Assembly: GCA_001244265.2 (NCBI GenBank)
Contig: CDLV01000005.1
Span: 372,001 to 436,000 of the forward strand
Direction: 5' to 3'
DNA: 64,000 nucleotides
Source: Microbotryum violaceum
Taxonomy: Eukaryota
The notes below the pieces were generated by a model. That model had not been told where the DNA came from and did not search any database. It saw only the letters and a program-made list of their open reading frames with translations. Position numbers and translations under genes: made by a program. Within the stretch, counting starts at the first letter, position 1; every line of letters begins with the position of its first letter. This document shows positions 28,248 through 45,637 of the stretch, one piece after another.

Positions 28248-30579
28248 TCAAGGCTGGAACTTGTAGCGTTCTCTAAGCCTCTGACCGTACATGAACAGAA
28301 CGAAAGGAGCAGGCACGGCGGGCTGTAAGGGATCAATCCGATCAGTCGCTGTGGTAGAACAGAAATAATGGCGTTTATCAGACACTTACAAGTGACACCA
28401 AAGCCAGCAACGTCCCACCCCATCCGTAACCGAGGTTGATGAAGAGCGAATCGCTGAAGACGGGCAGGATCGCACCACTGATGGATCGCACGATCGTCGC
28501 TCCTGCCATGGCGGCAGCGCTATAAGGTGACTGTGATACGGAGGATCGAGATGATGCATCAGGCATTGCTGACCATAAAGACACGGGAGCGAATGTCATT
28601 GTACTCACGAAAGCATCGACGATCCAGTTTTGAATCGAGCTGAGGTTTACCGTGAAGATCCGGCGGCATCAGCACTTAAACCCCCGCCCCAGAGGTAGAG
28701 ATCGAAAAATATCTACTTGAAGCACAACATCAATCCATAAGCGAGTATGAAACTTCCAGTAATGGGCCCCATCCAATGCGTTTGAGCTTGAGCGGTCCAT
28801 CCCCAAATCAGTAGCCCGATTGGGAAGATGATCATGCCAACCTTTGATCGTTTTTTTTTTTACAGCGTCAGCTTTGAAGTCAAACATACCTATCGTCACT
28901 CACCTGCGTAATACAAAGCCTATACTCGGGCTGTCCATCATTCTTGTACCGTCTCGAACAATACCCGTAAATCCGATCTTGCAAGCTTGCTGCCGTGAAG
29001 GCCGATGAAAAGAACCCACATCCCAGCCCGAGATAACTCAACCCAGTGATCTTCGGCTTCCAATTGTACGTGAACAGGGCGTCGGGTGGGTTATGGCGGG
29101 AGTAAAGCAGAGGTAGGGAAACGAGGAAGACGTAAATGATGGAGTAGACGTAGGCGTAGTAGACAACGAAGAGGCCGCAGGCTGGGTTGACGAGCATCCG
29201 TGGGGGCCGAGTGAAGGTGCGGATCATGATGGCTTTGGCTTCGGGTTTGGGTCGAAATAGTTGTCTAAGTCGAGCGAGTCGGGAGATGGCGACACCATCT
29301 TCTTCTTCGAGGGTTTTGCGAAGCACGCTAACAAGGGCAAGAACCAGCGAAAGAGGGACGGACTGTATTAGATGCGATGCGACGGAGAATGGATGCAATC
29401 CAGGACAAAGGTAAGCTTACGGCGCATAGGTCTCGTCCATCAAGAAGATGATGGCGAGTGTGTTGAGTCCGACGAGAATGGCGAGCAATCGGAAGCACCA
29501 CCTCCACTGTCCCGGCGAACAAATGTGTGTGAGCTTCGGCGTTCATTTTACGAACTCTGGGAACATTGGACTTGCATCGACGAGAGCCAAGTAACTGCCC
29601 ATCACACCTCCCAAAGTCGGACCGGCCATGGGTCCAAGAGCGTAGCTGTTGAGAAGCTCAGAATCTTCGGCCGTCAGTTTTACCGCAACGAAGCTAGACA
29701 ACAGGATGCAGTACTGACTAGGACAGCGGCTTCCCCCTTTCTTTAGGCGCAAACAGATCCGACAGTGTCGCCACACCCAACGAAGGACCGGACGATCCAA
29801 AGATGCCAGTCAGGAGCCTCAACACGAGGATTGACGAAAAGCTTGGTGCGAAACAAAGGACGAGGTTGAGGATCATGAACAAGATCATGGACGAGCTGTA
29901 GGCGATTTGCCGACCGTATAATTCGGAAATAGGCGCAAAGAGGAAAGGACCGCATCCCAATCCGGCGACGTATATGGATGTGGTCAGGGTGACGACCTCG
30001 CGGGACCTGCCGAATTGCTCGCGGAGAATCGAGGAGGAGGCGACGAGGATCGAGGAGGCGAGGGTGGCGAGGAATCCGGTGAGGGAGATGATGACGGTGT
30101 TTTTGATCCTTCTGGATTGGGTCCAGTTGCGAGGATTTTCGGTTCTGCGATGTTATAGAGGTTCCGTTATGGAGATTTCAACGACAGAGAAAACGGAGGC
30201 GGACCAAATCGGACGTCCGGCCCGGGGGTTGGAATTCGGAGAAAGGCCACGCGTCAGCTGCGCTCACGCGACCCATGGCCCCGTAGAGACATGACCATAC
30301 GCAAGACGTGTATTTCTCACACATACCTCCGCTCCCACTCTTGATCAGTGATCATGACTCGTGGTGGTTCGTGTCGTGAAGCGTGCGATATCCAACCCGT
30401 CAATGACGTGAAGCGCGGAGCCGGGGCAGCCTGCGCGATGGCCGCCGTCGGCAGCAGCGGAGCCGCTTCAGGAACGGCGTGACTTGTGGGGGGGCATCTT
30501 TGAGAGGTGCTGGAGAAGGTGTGGACGAGCGTGAGGACAAAGCCTTTTCTGCGTCACCAAACGCCTCGTATTCCTTCAT
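28248..30579 (-). CDS. MFS transporter (DHA1 drug:H+ antiporter-like), multi-exon
   Basis: GCGPFLFAPISELYGRQ, GVATLSDLFAPKERG, GPMAGPTLGG, GQPEYRL, YSAAAMAGATIVRS and YGQRLRERYKF. Confidence 0.9.
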
Positions 30580-31232
30580 GTCTTGTCGAAGGTCGACCAC
30601 TGGAATCGGTCGGTACCCGGTCGTGCAAGACCATACAGCGTGGTCCGCCGACGGCCCGACTGATTGATTGATCCCGTCAACTGCCGGCCCCTTACGGCAA
30701 ATTTCGGCCGCGCCAAAACTCGGGATGAGTAATTCGCCACTTTGGCGAGGTCTCCCCGGCAGTGTCCCCAGAATCATACCGTCGGTCGCTGGCCATGGCG
30801 TGGTGCTCGAGTCATCGAAGCCCGGTATGTAGTCTACTGCATCTTTGATATTTGGAACTTACTAATAGTTGATTGGGTAACCGCCCTCCCCTGCTTCAAG
30901 CAAGCACGCCGGCGACGCTTCACTCGACTCTGCAAGTTGCAGCCCCCACCCCCACTCGCGAGGTCTATTTCGTTGCGAGATCCCCCGTGAGCCCGTGTCG
31001 AGCCGAGGCGGAGTTGGAGCAGGGCGAGCACCATGATCCACGAGAAGTGATCAACGGGACAGCATGCGGTATCAATCAGATGACCCATGAGACCCGAACG
31101 CACAGTGATGTAGGGTGCATGGGGTACTCAGAAAAGAGCGTAATGCTGTGACTCCATACCGTGTGTACGGGCTGGATCGGACATACTCGTGATCATGAAT
31201 GGTATTACAACAAGAATATTTTCTCCTACTCG

Positions 31233-33426
31233 TCATACTTTAGACTCAGCTGCTGTTCGTGGTTTCCTAACTGCATATTTCTCCAACATCTCGGAAGGCA
31301 AAGTCGTCAAGCACGGGGCACTGAAGAGCGTGCCCCGAACGGCCCCGAACAAGGTAGGGATAAAGACGGAGATCCAGCTGCGTGCAAAGTGAAGGCATGT
31401 TCCAAAAAAGTCAGCCTTTGCCCGGGTACGTCATCGGCAATTGATTCGGCCCGGAGCCTTCAAGTGTTCGGATCGATCAGGGTAGAAGCCGGAACGTTGC
31501 CTCGTTGAAGGCTCGGGAGGAATAGGAGGAAGGTGACGGCCCTCGGGAAGTCGACTCTGAAAAGTGAGCAAGAGCAAGGTCGGCTTACAAACATGTGACC
31601 GCAAAGGTCATGATGGCCGAGAGCACACTATATTCATGCCGGATGTTATGTTTTTGGGTCAGTCATTGGTGATGTGACTTGTTGACCCGAGACTCACGAG
31701 AAGAAATTCGAGTCAAAAAGTCTCGCCAATGAAAAAGTTGCCAGTGTCATCGAACCCAAGGGGAAAGTCAAACCCCTGCGCAACGTATTCAACTTCATTA
31801 AGAACACCCTGGTGCCCCATGCGGTAGTCATTGTTCACTCACCAAAAGCCCATATTGAATGCTATCCGTCGCTTGAACAAATCGGTGCCGACGCTGATAA
31901 AAGCATTGAACGCCCACCAAACGCCCAGACTGCATCATAAACAAAACATATAAAACCATGTTAATTCCGCAGAGAGACTCTAGGATTTATCCCCTCTGTG
32001 TGAGATAAGACTCACCCCCACAATACGAGCGCCGTCAACAGCCCGACACCGAGCAGCGGCGCTCCCAGCAACGCGAGCTGTTGCAATCCCTCCCGATCTG
32101 GATACATGCTCGCTATCCTCGGGAGCATGTCGATCGCATCTCGACCCTGAAGGAAAGCGTAACCAAGAGTCAGTGGCTAAATATGTATGAGAAGACACCG
32201 CAGAAATACAACTTCAATAAAATAACTTACCAATTCGATCAAAGCGAACCCGGCTTGTCCACAGGGTCCCAACGGCAAAAAGGTTGAAATGATGACCTCC
32301 CTCGGCGGCAACCGATGCAGCACCAATCGCTGCAAGTACAAGACCAGCAGTCCCATCGCCAAGAGCGTTCCAATTCCTGTCATGATGTACGAGATGATCC
32401 ATATTGTGAAGGCATAGTCGAGGCGGTTATCCTCCAAGAGGAGGCGACACAACGACGAGCCCACGGCGCCTTGGGTAATTGTCGGCACGACGGGCAGTAG
32501 CCATGCGGCGGTCAAGGTCTCTGTTGCGTGCTTTTGCTTCGTGAACATGACCCCTGTGTTGTTAGAAGACAAAGCATCAGTTTTATCGCTCTGTTGAGAG
32601 TGTGAAGTTGAGTAAACTTGCATGGTACACCAAAGGCCGTAGCAATGCTCATAACTGCGAGGGGATCGGCAGACTGCGTGAGTTGATTGCCCAGGACGTT
32701 CAAGATGTTTTGCACTGACCATTTGCAATCCACCACAGAACGATGCCAATGTTGAGTGAGTGCGCGACCCCATACTCGGACCCTGTCCTAGCAATTCCAC
32801 TTGCGATCGTGACGAGCCCCATGGGAATGGTGCCGAGGAAAAGCGAATGGGTTTCGTGCGTGACCATGGCGGTGAAGAATCTCGGGTACATGATGTAGCG
32901 CGAGACGGTGAGGACCAAAAATACGACCCAGAGGATGATATCCAACACGAGGAAGGCGGCACCGATCGCGCGGAATACGGCGTGGGTCTCGTCCCAGGGT
33001 AGGTCAAAGAGCAGAGTATTGACGATGCCCGTACCCTGGGGAAAAAGGGAGGCGGCGAGGCACATTCAGCACGTCTTCAGACCATACTACAGGGTAGTAT
33101 ATTCATCTTTATTTACTGACCATGGTTACAGAAAACCAACTCGGTGTGAAGCGCATGATCCTGATCTTGAGTCCTCTGGCGCGAGGCGACAATAGGGGGT
33201 GCGTGGAGAGCGAGCGCATGACTGGAGCTCCGCCGAGTTCAGTCTTTGGCTCGTCGATCGCGGTCGACGTGTTTGAGTCCTGATCCTGACCATTGTTCTC
33301 CTTGGTCGTTGCAGCGCTCGTGGGGACCATGATGGGAGCGGGATCTTGTACAATGTCGTCGATCCGTGGCTCAGTAGACGGGGACGGTGTAGCTGAGCTT
33401 GCTGATGGCGTGCTTGCAAGCGTCAT
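31233..33426 (-). CDS. TDT/SLAC1-family transporter (Ssu1/Mae1-like sulfite or dicarboxylate efflux)
   Basis: RIMRFTPSWFSVTMGTGI, SLFLGTIPMGL, TAAWLLPVVP, STFLPLGPCGQ and C-terminal LFSAPCL. Confidence 0.92.
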
Positions 33427-34042
33427 TGAAGGCTGGAACGAGGTAGAACGTAGTCTTGAGGCCAAGCAGGGGGGCAGACCGGGTAGGTTACTGCTGTTGG
33501 AGTGTCCAGAACGTGGTCAATCGCAGTCAAGACGGGTGGTTGCACGCGCAAACGAGAATGGAAGCTCCAGTCACGAGTCAGAAAGGTGCGACCCGGGTAC
33601 TGCTCAAGCTCTCAAGCCTGACTAGCCTGACTCGCCTTGGACGAATTCGCCCAAAGCGTCCGACCGCGCCGCTGCCGCGCGCCGAATGGGCCGGCGACTT
33701 GTTCATATTCCCCGCGCAAATTGACCTCCACATGTCCAAACCGTCCTGCATGCAGTCTGCTCGGTTCCGGTGAGCACTGCAGCGCCACAAGGGGGTGCAA
33801 AGGAGTTTCGTCCCCGCGCGTGATACCCAGTCAACATTTAGAAAGGGAAGAATGAGCTCGCACCACCGAAGAAATGGGCTTCCCTTTACAAACGTCCAGA
33901 GGCCGACACTGGCAGTCTACTCGACCTCGCGGACAGGCTAAGCTGGACTGAGGGTGTCCATCCAAACTGCCCCGCCAGGGGTCCGGGGACCGCTCAGCTC
34001 AGCTCCACCCCACATGACCTGGAGCATCGAGCTGCGGCAGCG

Positions 34043-36201
34043 ATGTGGTCCACATGGCCCGGGTACAATCCCAACCACCGATGGGTCAAGGAAGCTATTT
34101 CTACGTCAAAGCTGGAAAATAACTCGGAGGTCGTTCCTACCAACGGACTGCCGTCCATCGACCTCGACTCTGTCACCTTGACCTCCTCCGCACCGTCGTC
34201 TGAGGCATGGACTCGACCCCTGGGGCTTATTGAAACCAAATTCGACCTCGCTGCCCAAAACGATGGGCAAGGTGACGTGTTCGTCCGAATGACGACTCGA
34301 GTACCCGCCCAAGAGGTGGACGTCCTGCAACGTCGCGTGTTGCTGGCTTGGACGAGGCTTCGCACGCTGCACCCCTCTCTCGCTTATACCGTCCACGACG
34401 GACCTCAGGGGGAAGCGCAACATGTACCAGGAGTCAGAAACCGCATGTTTCGATATTATGTACCTCAAAATGACCGCGATGCGATCGAACAAGCTTGGAG
34501 GACGGTGCACGTTCAGCACTCGAGCGATCCCGGGAAAGCTGCCCGTGAGCTTCAACAGCAGCAAGTCCTGAACGGGCCAAGGTCCCAGTTGCAACAGTCA
34601 TCGTGTCTGGCACGACTGGTTATGATCATCAACGACGCGCAGTCAAGTGACGCCGATTCGCATTTGGACCCGGTGTTCATGCTGGCTCTGTCGCATGTGG
34701 TATGTCATCATTTTCCTCGGGTAGCAAGGTCTCCTATCTCCACTCCCTCGGAATTTGGAAATGGCTCGGTCTGTACAAGAGCTTATTCCCTCGTGCTATC
34801 GCTGCCATAGATCTCGGACGGTATCTCCATCGTCAATGCCATGCGGGACTTCTTTGAGCTGTTGACGTCACCTTGGCCCCCAACGCCTCCGACGTCGCCT
34901 CCGTACACTCGATGCTTGGACGAACTGGGTCCAAACTCTGTGCTGTCGTGGGACGTCGCTCCGGGTGTGCTCTCCGCTTGGAACCTTACCGCACTTGTGG
35001 CCGAACAAGTATCACAGCTCACCCTTGCGACTGAAGATCTTTGGCCGTCGCTACCCCTCGATTCGCCGAATTCGGCCTCCGTAGCTCGCAAGAGATGGTT
35101 TTGGGCGATCACTCGTACAATCATGGTGAACCGACACAGACGAGCACCTGAGATGTTCGCTTTCCCTCGCTTGTCATTCGTCGAAGTAGGCCGCGATCTT
35201 CCCAGAACGGAGTGGCTGACGCTCAAACTGGACCTCGAGACGAGTCAACGTACCGTTGGGGTGTGTCGTAGGGAACGGATCAGTCCGAGTAAGTCCGCAG
35301 TCTAAGAGTGACGGTTCATTCTTCAGTATTTCTCATTATTGCTCGATGCAATTTCCTAGGCATGCTGCTCTATTCGATCCTGTCCATTGTCGTATCGCGG
35401 TTCTTTGCCTCTGCGACCAGCTCACTCGGCTACCGCCCTCTCAAGATTGGATTTCCATCCTCGATACGACCCTTTCTCGACCCCTCCCTCAGAGCCAAAG
35501 GGTCTAACTTTACTACCGATCTCGCCATCCGTCTCACATTCGGCCACATCACCCTCCCATTTTACGATACCGAAGCACAAGAATTGTGTGGCGAGCGTCT
35601 CAAGTGGAGGATCTTCAAAGGCGCAAGGTTGGCCAAGAGACAATTCGACACGAGATTTCGGGAACAGGAGAGGGGGTTATTCCTCGCTGATAATTATCAT
35701 AGGATGTTGTTTCGAGTACTGTGAGTTTGGCGGTGCGGATGAGGCTGATTTTTCCCTCTCTGTCGGCGGAGGCTGATTGGGTTTTCACTTGAGCAGATCC
35801 GCGGCAGGTCAAGATCCCGTCCCGATTGAGGAGCCTAGCACTGTCATTAATGCATCGAGTAAGTTCAGGGTCATTTTCTTGTCGGAAAGAAAGATTAGCT
35901 GATTTGACGATGTATCGCATTGGCAGTGATTGGGGACCTCGATCGCCTGTTGCCGAGCTCGTTCCCTCTACTTGCAACAATAGAGAACAAAGCCTTGAAC
36001 ACGCCACCCCCCACCGTCGACATCACTGACCTGTCCATCGGTACCCGCCTCCACCGTGGCGAAGGGTTGTTCACCGAAGTATACACGTTCGGTCGACGGT
36101 TGTACGTCTCGGTCGGGTTCGACGAGCAGATTTATGAGAAGGGTTTCATTGAGTCTTCGATTCTAGGAGCGATTGAAAGTGTGTTGTTGAAGGTCGATTG
36201 A
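34043..36201 (+). CDS. Putative CoA-dependent acyltransferase (CAT/condensation-like fold)
   Basis: Splicing across the 34700-34810 intron reconstitutes SHVISDGIS (HxxxDG catalytic motif). The N-terminal WTRPLGLIE and AWTRLRTLHPSLA pattern is seen in fungal alcohol-acetyltransferase-like proteins. Confidence 0.65.
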
Positions 36202-36518
36202 GAGAGGAGAATGTTGTAGAAGATATTTTTGAATGTATCGTGACATTCCTTTTGGAACGGTGGCAATTTGGCAAGTGAAGAATTGGGGGGTGGTTGAATT
36301 GTACATGTGGGTTAGAAGTCAGTATTACCGATCGACAAAATGTGCGCGTTTTGGAAAACCAAAGGCGGGAAAAAGCGGGCATTCCCCGCGCCAAAGCTCA
36401 CGCCAGACTGCCCAAAGCGGGCCAGAGCGGGCCACGCTCACCAGGCCAGTCATTACCAGGCCGCCCCTTGTTTCGACTCGCTCATCTCCGCCCGCCTTCC
36501 CTCCCCTCCACCCTGCTC

Positions 36519-36545
36519 ACCGCACCGCACCGCACCGCACCGCAA
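36519..36545 (+). repeat. (CCGCA)5 microsatellite just upstream of the SUB2 start
   Basis: Directly visible. Confidence 0.9.
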
Positions 36546-36559
36546 ACACCTAGACCACC

Positions 36560-39381
<2,822 letters not shown>

Positions 39382-39688
39382 AAGCGCATCGTCAAGACCA
39401 GAAAAGGATTCCTCATTTTGACCACACCGCGTTCACTTTTGTCACAACTCCCCTCTCTTTGTCTTCCCCTTTGTGATGTAATTGCCGGAAAGGGAATCTC
39501 TTCTTCTCTCATCTTGTGTCATCCGGTCTTCTCCTCCACCACCTCACGTATCTAAAGCTGAAAACGCCTAGCCCTTCATGTAACATCTGCACGGGGGGCG
39601 GGTCGTTGTATACTCTCTCCTTTCTCTGACTGTGCCATAGGCGAGAGATACGAGAGTGAATGCATTGCCACCAAGAGCCAGAAAATAT

Positions 39689-42069
39689 TTACAACCGCGC
39701 TTTCGAAACCACACTCTGAAGCAAACCCTTTACACCAGCGACGAAACCACCTCCGCTCGGTGCGACAAGTCCCGACGGTGAAGCATATTCCTCCTTGGAA
39801 ATGACATCCACCTCCAATGCCCTGGCATTCACCATGGAAGGTACAATCTCGTCGATCTTGATCGCGCCCAAGAGGCGCATGTTAAGGATAATTTCGTCGC
39901 GGAGGATGGTGACAACTTTTTCGACGCCCAACTCGCCGAAGGCGAGGGAGAAGAGGACTGGCGGTGTGGCAGACCTCTAGGATCAGCTGCCGGCCCAGGC
40001 CGTTGCAACATTCGGAAGAATGACTTATTGAACTTACAAGGTCTTCCCAACCCACACGCCTTGGCCCCCAACGCCAAAGCCTTCAACACGTCCGTCCCTC
40101 TCTTTACCCCCCCATCCAAATACACTTCACACTTGTCCAAAACGTGCGGTTCGTGCGCCCTAATCTCCAACAAAGTTTCCACCCCCGCTGGAGAACCTTC
40201 CAATTGCCTGCCGCCGTGATTACTGAGGTAGATCGCCTCGACCCCGTGATGGACGCACAGCGCCGCATCTTCAGCGGATTGGATCCCTTTGACGATCAAG
40301 GGCAAACCCCCTGTGACGCGTTTGATCCATGCCAAATCGGACCAGTTCAAATCGGCATCAAAGGTACTCGTCAGGATCTGACCGATCCCCGTCGATGAAC
40401 CCCGGTTAGATGCGGGTAGCGCGACACCTTGTTTGGAGGAAGCGGTATCGGCGGCGGATTCGGCGTCGAGCTTCGCTCGTTCGTCCCGCTCGCGTTTGCC
40501 CGAGACGGGGGTATCAACTGTAAGGCAGATGGCGGAGTAACCTGCCGCGACGACTTTGCGTAGTATTTCCTCGGTACGTTGGCGATCCTTGTGGACGTAT
40601 AGCTGAAGGTGAAAGGGATAGGATAAGTCATGCCAGATCGTGAAAACGAGAAAAAAATGATTCTGACTTGTACAAAGGCGATCGCGGTGTGATAAATGAC
40701 GCACCTGATAGATCAACAACTGCCCCGGTAGTTTGAGGCTTGCAATTTCCTCAAACGAAACGGACGCGATCGCAGAGACCATATAAGGGATCTTGTAAAT
40801 CCCCGCGACTTTGACGAGCAAGCGTTCGCCTTCGGGATGGGCGAGCCGACCCATGGCGGCTGGGGCGATGAAAATGGGTAAGGAGATGGGGTGACCGAGC
40901 ATCATTGTCGTAGGGTCGATGTCGGTCACGTTGCGTAACGTTCTGGGTCGCATTCTAATTTCAGCTATTGATAATGGGCAGGTTAAGAGCACGCGTCAGT
41001 GGGCTGATAAAGGGGCCGAATCCGAAAATCCGCAGAAACGCACTGAAAGCTTCATGGTTCCAAACTTTGGTTCGCTCGTCATCCGCGGCACTTGCATAGA
41101 ATGCTGTGACCAGCCGTGACCTAGATCAGAATAAATCATCCCGATGCTACGAGACCTGAGGAGCAACTTGTTCTCACCAAAGGCCTTGGCCTTCAATTTT
41201 GCCTCGGCGGCGCGCTATGAAGAAAGCGAAAGTCAAAGAATCAGCAAATCCGGCTCAAAGGCCCTCAGCATCCAATAGAAGGGTTACTCACCTCGATTTC
41301 AAATAAATTGAGGCATTCACCCAACGAGATCAACTGCTTGGTCGGATCGAACGCAGCGGCGGTTTGGATGACTACTTTTTCGACCGTGGTCATGTCCACG
41401 GGACCGAGGTGCTTTTCAGGGGAGAGTGTGTCTTCGATCGTACCTGAGGAACGAATGAAAGAAGCATGAGAGTATGTCCTGGAGCCAGTCGCCTTTCACC
41501 TCCCGTGTCTACATTAGCTTACCCGGTGGATGAATCGGTTCCTGCGTGGCGAATCAAGAAAGGGGTTCGAGGAATTGAGTAAATCTTTCAAACGAGTCCA
41601 GGAGATTAACTAGTAGGGCTCGCAGTTGACTGACATATTCTTCCGTCGCATCCTTCCCCGCGTACTTGAGCAAGATGCGCATTCCACCTGCACACAAGCC
41701 CAAGAACCAAGTCAGAAAGTTCGCCAATTCCTGATTGCGGTGGGGCCACGTCACGTGCTCGGCTCGAAGCGCTCGCCCGATCGGCCGAGGGTGCGGGGAT
41801 GCGGGGAAGTGCCATGAATGGATGATCGCTCGATTGTAACGACGTGGTAAGAGTGCGACGCCAGGTCGAAGCTTCGTTTTACGTACCGGGATGATTAGGA
41901 GCAAAGTCGGTCAAGTCGTACACTGCTGGCAAGCAAGACGACGTGTGCGTCAGCACTGTACGTCGGCAGGCGACACGGCCGGGCCTACACGACACTTACC
42001 TTTGCCGTTGATGATCATCCACAAATCAGCGGCCTGCGCATGCTTGAGCACCTCTTGGCCCGTCAACAT
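39689..42069 (-). CDS. Flavocytochrome b2-like L-lactate/alpha-hydroxy acid dehydrogenase (cytochrome b5 plus FMN domains)
   Basis: VYDLTDFAPNHPGG heme motif, IFIAPAAM, LTVDTP, IVKGIQS, LSNHGGRQL and DGGVKRGTDVLKALALGA. Confidence 0.92.
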
Positions 42070-42595
42070 CCTGTCGTCTGTACGAATGCTGAGGGGCGTA
42101 GGGAATAGCGGATGAGAGACCTAAATGAAGAGCCGCGGAGACGTTACAATGAGAGGCTCAACTTGATCCAGCAACCGGCGGGCCGTCGTCCTCCCGCGCG
42201 GGTTAAGCAGACCTCGCAATTGCGACAGAGGAGTGAAGAGGACGTCAAGTGAATCGAGATTGCGAAGTAAGGAGAAAAAGTGGAAACAATTTGGTACCCA
42301 ACAAGTAAAGAAAGGAGAAGAGAAAGCCTGCGAAACAAACAAGAAATAGAAGGGAGGATGTAAAGGTAAGACGAGGAAGTACATCCTGCGAAGGCTGTAT
42401 GGCAGGAGAAGTGGAGAATGAACGAATGATGTATGCGAGCGGGATAAATGAACTAAGGGTAGGTAGATGCGTGTTGTGATATGCTGGTTAAGAAAGGGAC
42501 ATGAGAAGAGCGAAAACAGGATGCGGGAACTTCGAGCATGAGACAGGCGTCGAAAAGCTTAGGCAGCTCGGGTGATAAGGGAGGGAGGGAGGGAA

Positions 42596-45500
42596 TTAAT
42601 GGCCCGGGACCTCCTCGACCGAAGGCGTGACCGTACCGCTCGGAGAAAAGCCTTCTGACGCTGACTCGGGCCAAGGAAGCCACGCTTGACCCTGGCCCTC
42701 GAGATCGAGCGACTTGGAATCGCGCATCTGGCGGAAGTTGATGGCGTCGTGGCCGTTGCTGTGCGCAAGAAGCAACCATATATCGATCAACATGCGGTAG
42801 AGGGAAAACACGCTTCCACCGAGAGTAAACTCACGAGATGGTCGGGATGATGGGCGGCTTTTGATGCCTCAACAGACCCCAGTTGATTGATGCGAACCAC
42901 TTGGCCTGCTTGACCTCGCTCGCTCCACTCTGACTGCCCAAACGCTTGTGTTCGTCTTTGAGCAGGCCCTTCTTGATGAAGCTTCGGCAGTGCGTCGTCG
43001 TGGCGGGGCTATCGGGGAAGACGACCTCGTTGCGAAGGATGTTGGAAAAGGTCGCGTGGCGGTTCGCGCCTTTGAAGGGCGTGCAGCCGAACAACTAAGA
43101 GTTCGTATATCAGCCCCTAATCCCCTGCAAAGTCTAATCCGGCGGCTGACTGTTGTCACTCACCATTTCGTAAGAGAGAACAGAAAGGCACCACCAGTCG
43201 ACGGCCATGGAGTGACCACACCCTTTGATGACTTCGGGGGCGATGCTGTGAAATGGCGGTGGCAACAATCAGTGTCCGACTCTTATCGATACAAGCAGAC
43301 CATTCGAATGACTCACTACTCCTCTGTTCCCACGAAACTGTGCGCCCGCCAGGAGACATTCCACCAGATCAGCACATTCCCCGGTCTGTTATAACCCCAA
43401 TTTGGCGACTCACGAGTTGGTCCTGAAATCGGCGACGCAGGCTTTGGTGTCGATCAAGGGAGCACCGTTTTGAGTATGTCGGATTCCAGCCGGGGTGACA
43501 CTTCCAACATCGGATTGTTTGGAAAGGTCAAAGTCGGATAACATGATGTGGCCGCTCGAGTGCAGCAGGATGTCTGCAAGAAAAGAAGGATCAGCGTATG
43601 AAATATCAAAGATGGCGCAGGTCGTAGTACGTACTCTCGGGCTTGAGATCCCGATAAATGAAGCCCATCAGATGTAGGTATTCGAGAGCGGCGACGACCT
43701 CGGCGGCATAAAACTTGGCGTCGTCCTCGGCAAGGCACTTGCCAGGTCGGGTCTGTAAAGCGCGGAAAAACTCTCCGCCTGAACAGTATTCCATGCCTGA
43801 GGAAGGAAGCGAAGCATGAGCATCGGAGCAAAGACTCAGCGTAGCTTCTGCGAAAGTGCGTACAGAGGTAGAGGTAATCGTCCGACTGGAAAGAATGGTA
43901 GAGCGTGACGATAAAAGGGTGATTCGAGCCAGCGAGAATTTCCTGCGACAGTACGGTAAAGGGCTTTAAATAAGTCCTCGGTCACCAAACCGCTTAAAAG
44001 AACCCTTTCCTTACCTGCTCGGCCAGCGCACGCTTGACCTTGTTCCTCTTGATCATCTCCTTCTTGCTTAAGACCTTCATCGCGAACAGCTTGTCGGTCT
44101 TCTTCTCCCGGACGAGGTACACCTTGCCGACGTCCCCTTTGCCCAATAGCTTGATCTTGTGGAAACTGCTGGGCCCGATCTCGGCACTGCGGTTGCGAAT
44201 CGAAGAGGACGAATACGTCCGTCGGAACGCGGCGCGAGGCGAACCGGGCGTGATCGAGGGGCTGGGTGAAGGTGGGACCAGGAGGGCGGATGAAGACATG
44301 GAAGGCGAGGTTGCGATCGCGGGCGAAGAACGTGATCGAGTGGGGGACGGAGAGGGAGACGAGACATGGAAGCCGTTGGAGAGGGCTGCTACACCGCCGT
44401 TCGACGAGGATCGGGCCGAGGAGGACGACTTCGTCGCATCCGAGAGCGACGACTTTGATCGCTTGTCTCCGTTGCTCGATCCAGGCCCGGTGCTCAGCGA
44501 CACGCCCGAGTCGTGCACGTCGCCGACACGGATGACGCCTGTCGGTAGTGGAGGTACCGGTAGGGTTGGCGAGAGGTAGTTGGGTTTCGAGGAGAAAAGC
44601 GAGCCATTGAAGAGGGCTTTAGCGTTGGGGGCCGAAGCGACGCGCCGCAGGAAGCGAGCCGCCGACGAGCCAGAAGTAGGCGAGGTTTCACGCGTTGATG
44701 TCTTCAGCGGTGGGGACGTCGAGGCCGTTTGGGATCGCGACGACTTGGATGGGCGTGAAGTTTTAGCCGAGCGAGCGGAGGTGCCGTCCGAGCCCCTGAT
44801 TATGGCCGGAGTCGAAGGCAACGAAGAGGATGGCAAGGACGAGGACACCAGCACGGATGACTGGGCTGCAGAAATTTGCTTTTGAGAGGTCGAGAGTCCG
44901 TTCTTGGACCGGCTTGATCCGCGCAGATTCTCCTTGCCGATCGGTGGGGTGCGGTTCAGCGACGACGAGGACGAGTTGGGGTGATCGTTCCTGAAGCTCG
45001 CACTCTTGCTGCTAGGTGCGGGCGAGTTGTCGTTCAATGAGGTCGTGTCATAATTGGCGTGGGTTGCTGTGCCCAAGCTGTTCTCCGGACCCGTGCCCGA
45101 ACTCGTCCCGGCCGCTGCTGCTGCGGTGGTGGTGATGGTAGCGGCACGCGTCGAATGAACAACGTAGCCGCTGTCTTCGGAAGTCTGCGGATGGCCGAGC
45201 GAGGACGACTTAAGCGGGGTCGTAGGGCCCGAGACCATCGAAAGCGTTGAGGTAGAACAGATCGCCTGGTGCTGCTGGTGGGGTGAGCCGGGCGAAGCTG
45301 GCGAGTCGAGTGGGTGGTGATCGTGGCCGGTGCCGCTGCCCTGAGCGCCGCCCGCGCCGAGGTGGTGCTGCTGGGGCGATTGGGGCGTGCTGCTGCTGCC
45401 CGGCGTCGCACCACTCATCCCAGTCGAGATGGCCGACGGTTTCCGACTGAGCTTGTGTCGAAGCCTCTTCCACGACCCACCACTGGGCGTCGGAGAAGCA

Positions 45501-45637
45501 GGCGGAACAACGTCGAACTCCCCGCCGGAATGATCACGACGCGGTGCGGGGTGACCGTGTGTGGTCGGACCCTGTGCCACGCCCGCCGGCGCCGCGCTGG
45601 GGCACGAAGCGATCACTGACAAGTCGGAGCGAGCCAT
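42596..45637 (-). CDS. AGC Ser/Thr kinase, Fpk1/Kin82/Nrc-2 (flippase kinase) family
   Basis: A long Ser-rich N-terminus with RRVASAPN and [11 protein letters not shown], then [21 protein letters not shown] and [12 protein letters not shown]. Confidence 0.93.
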
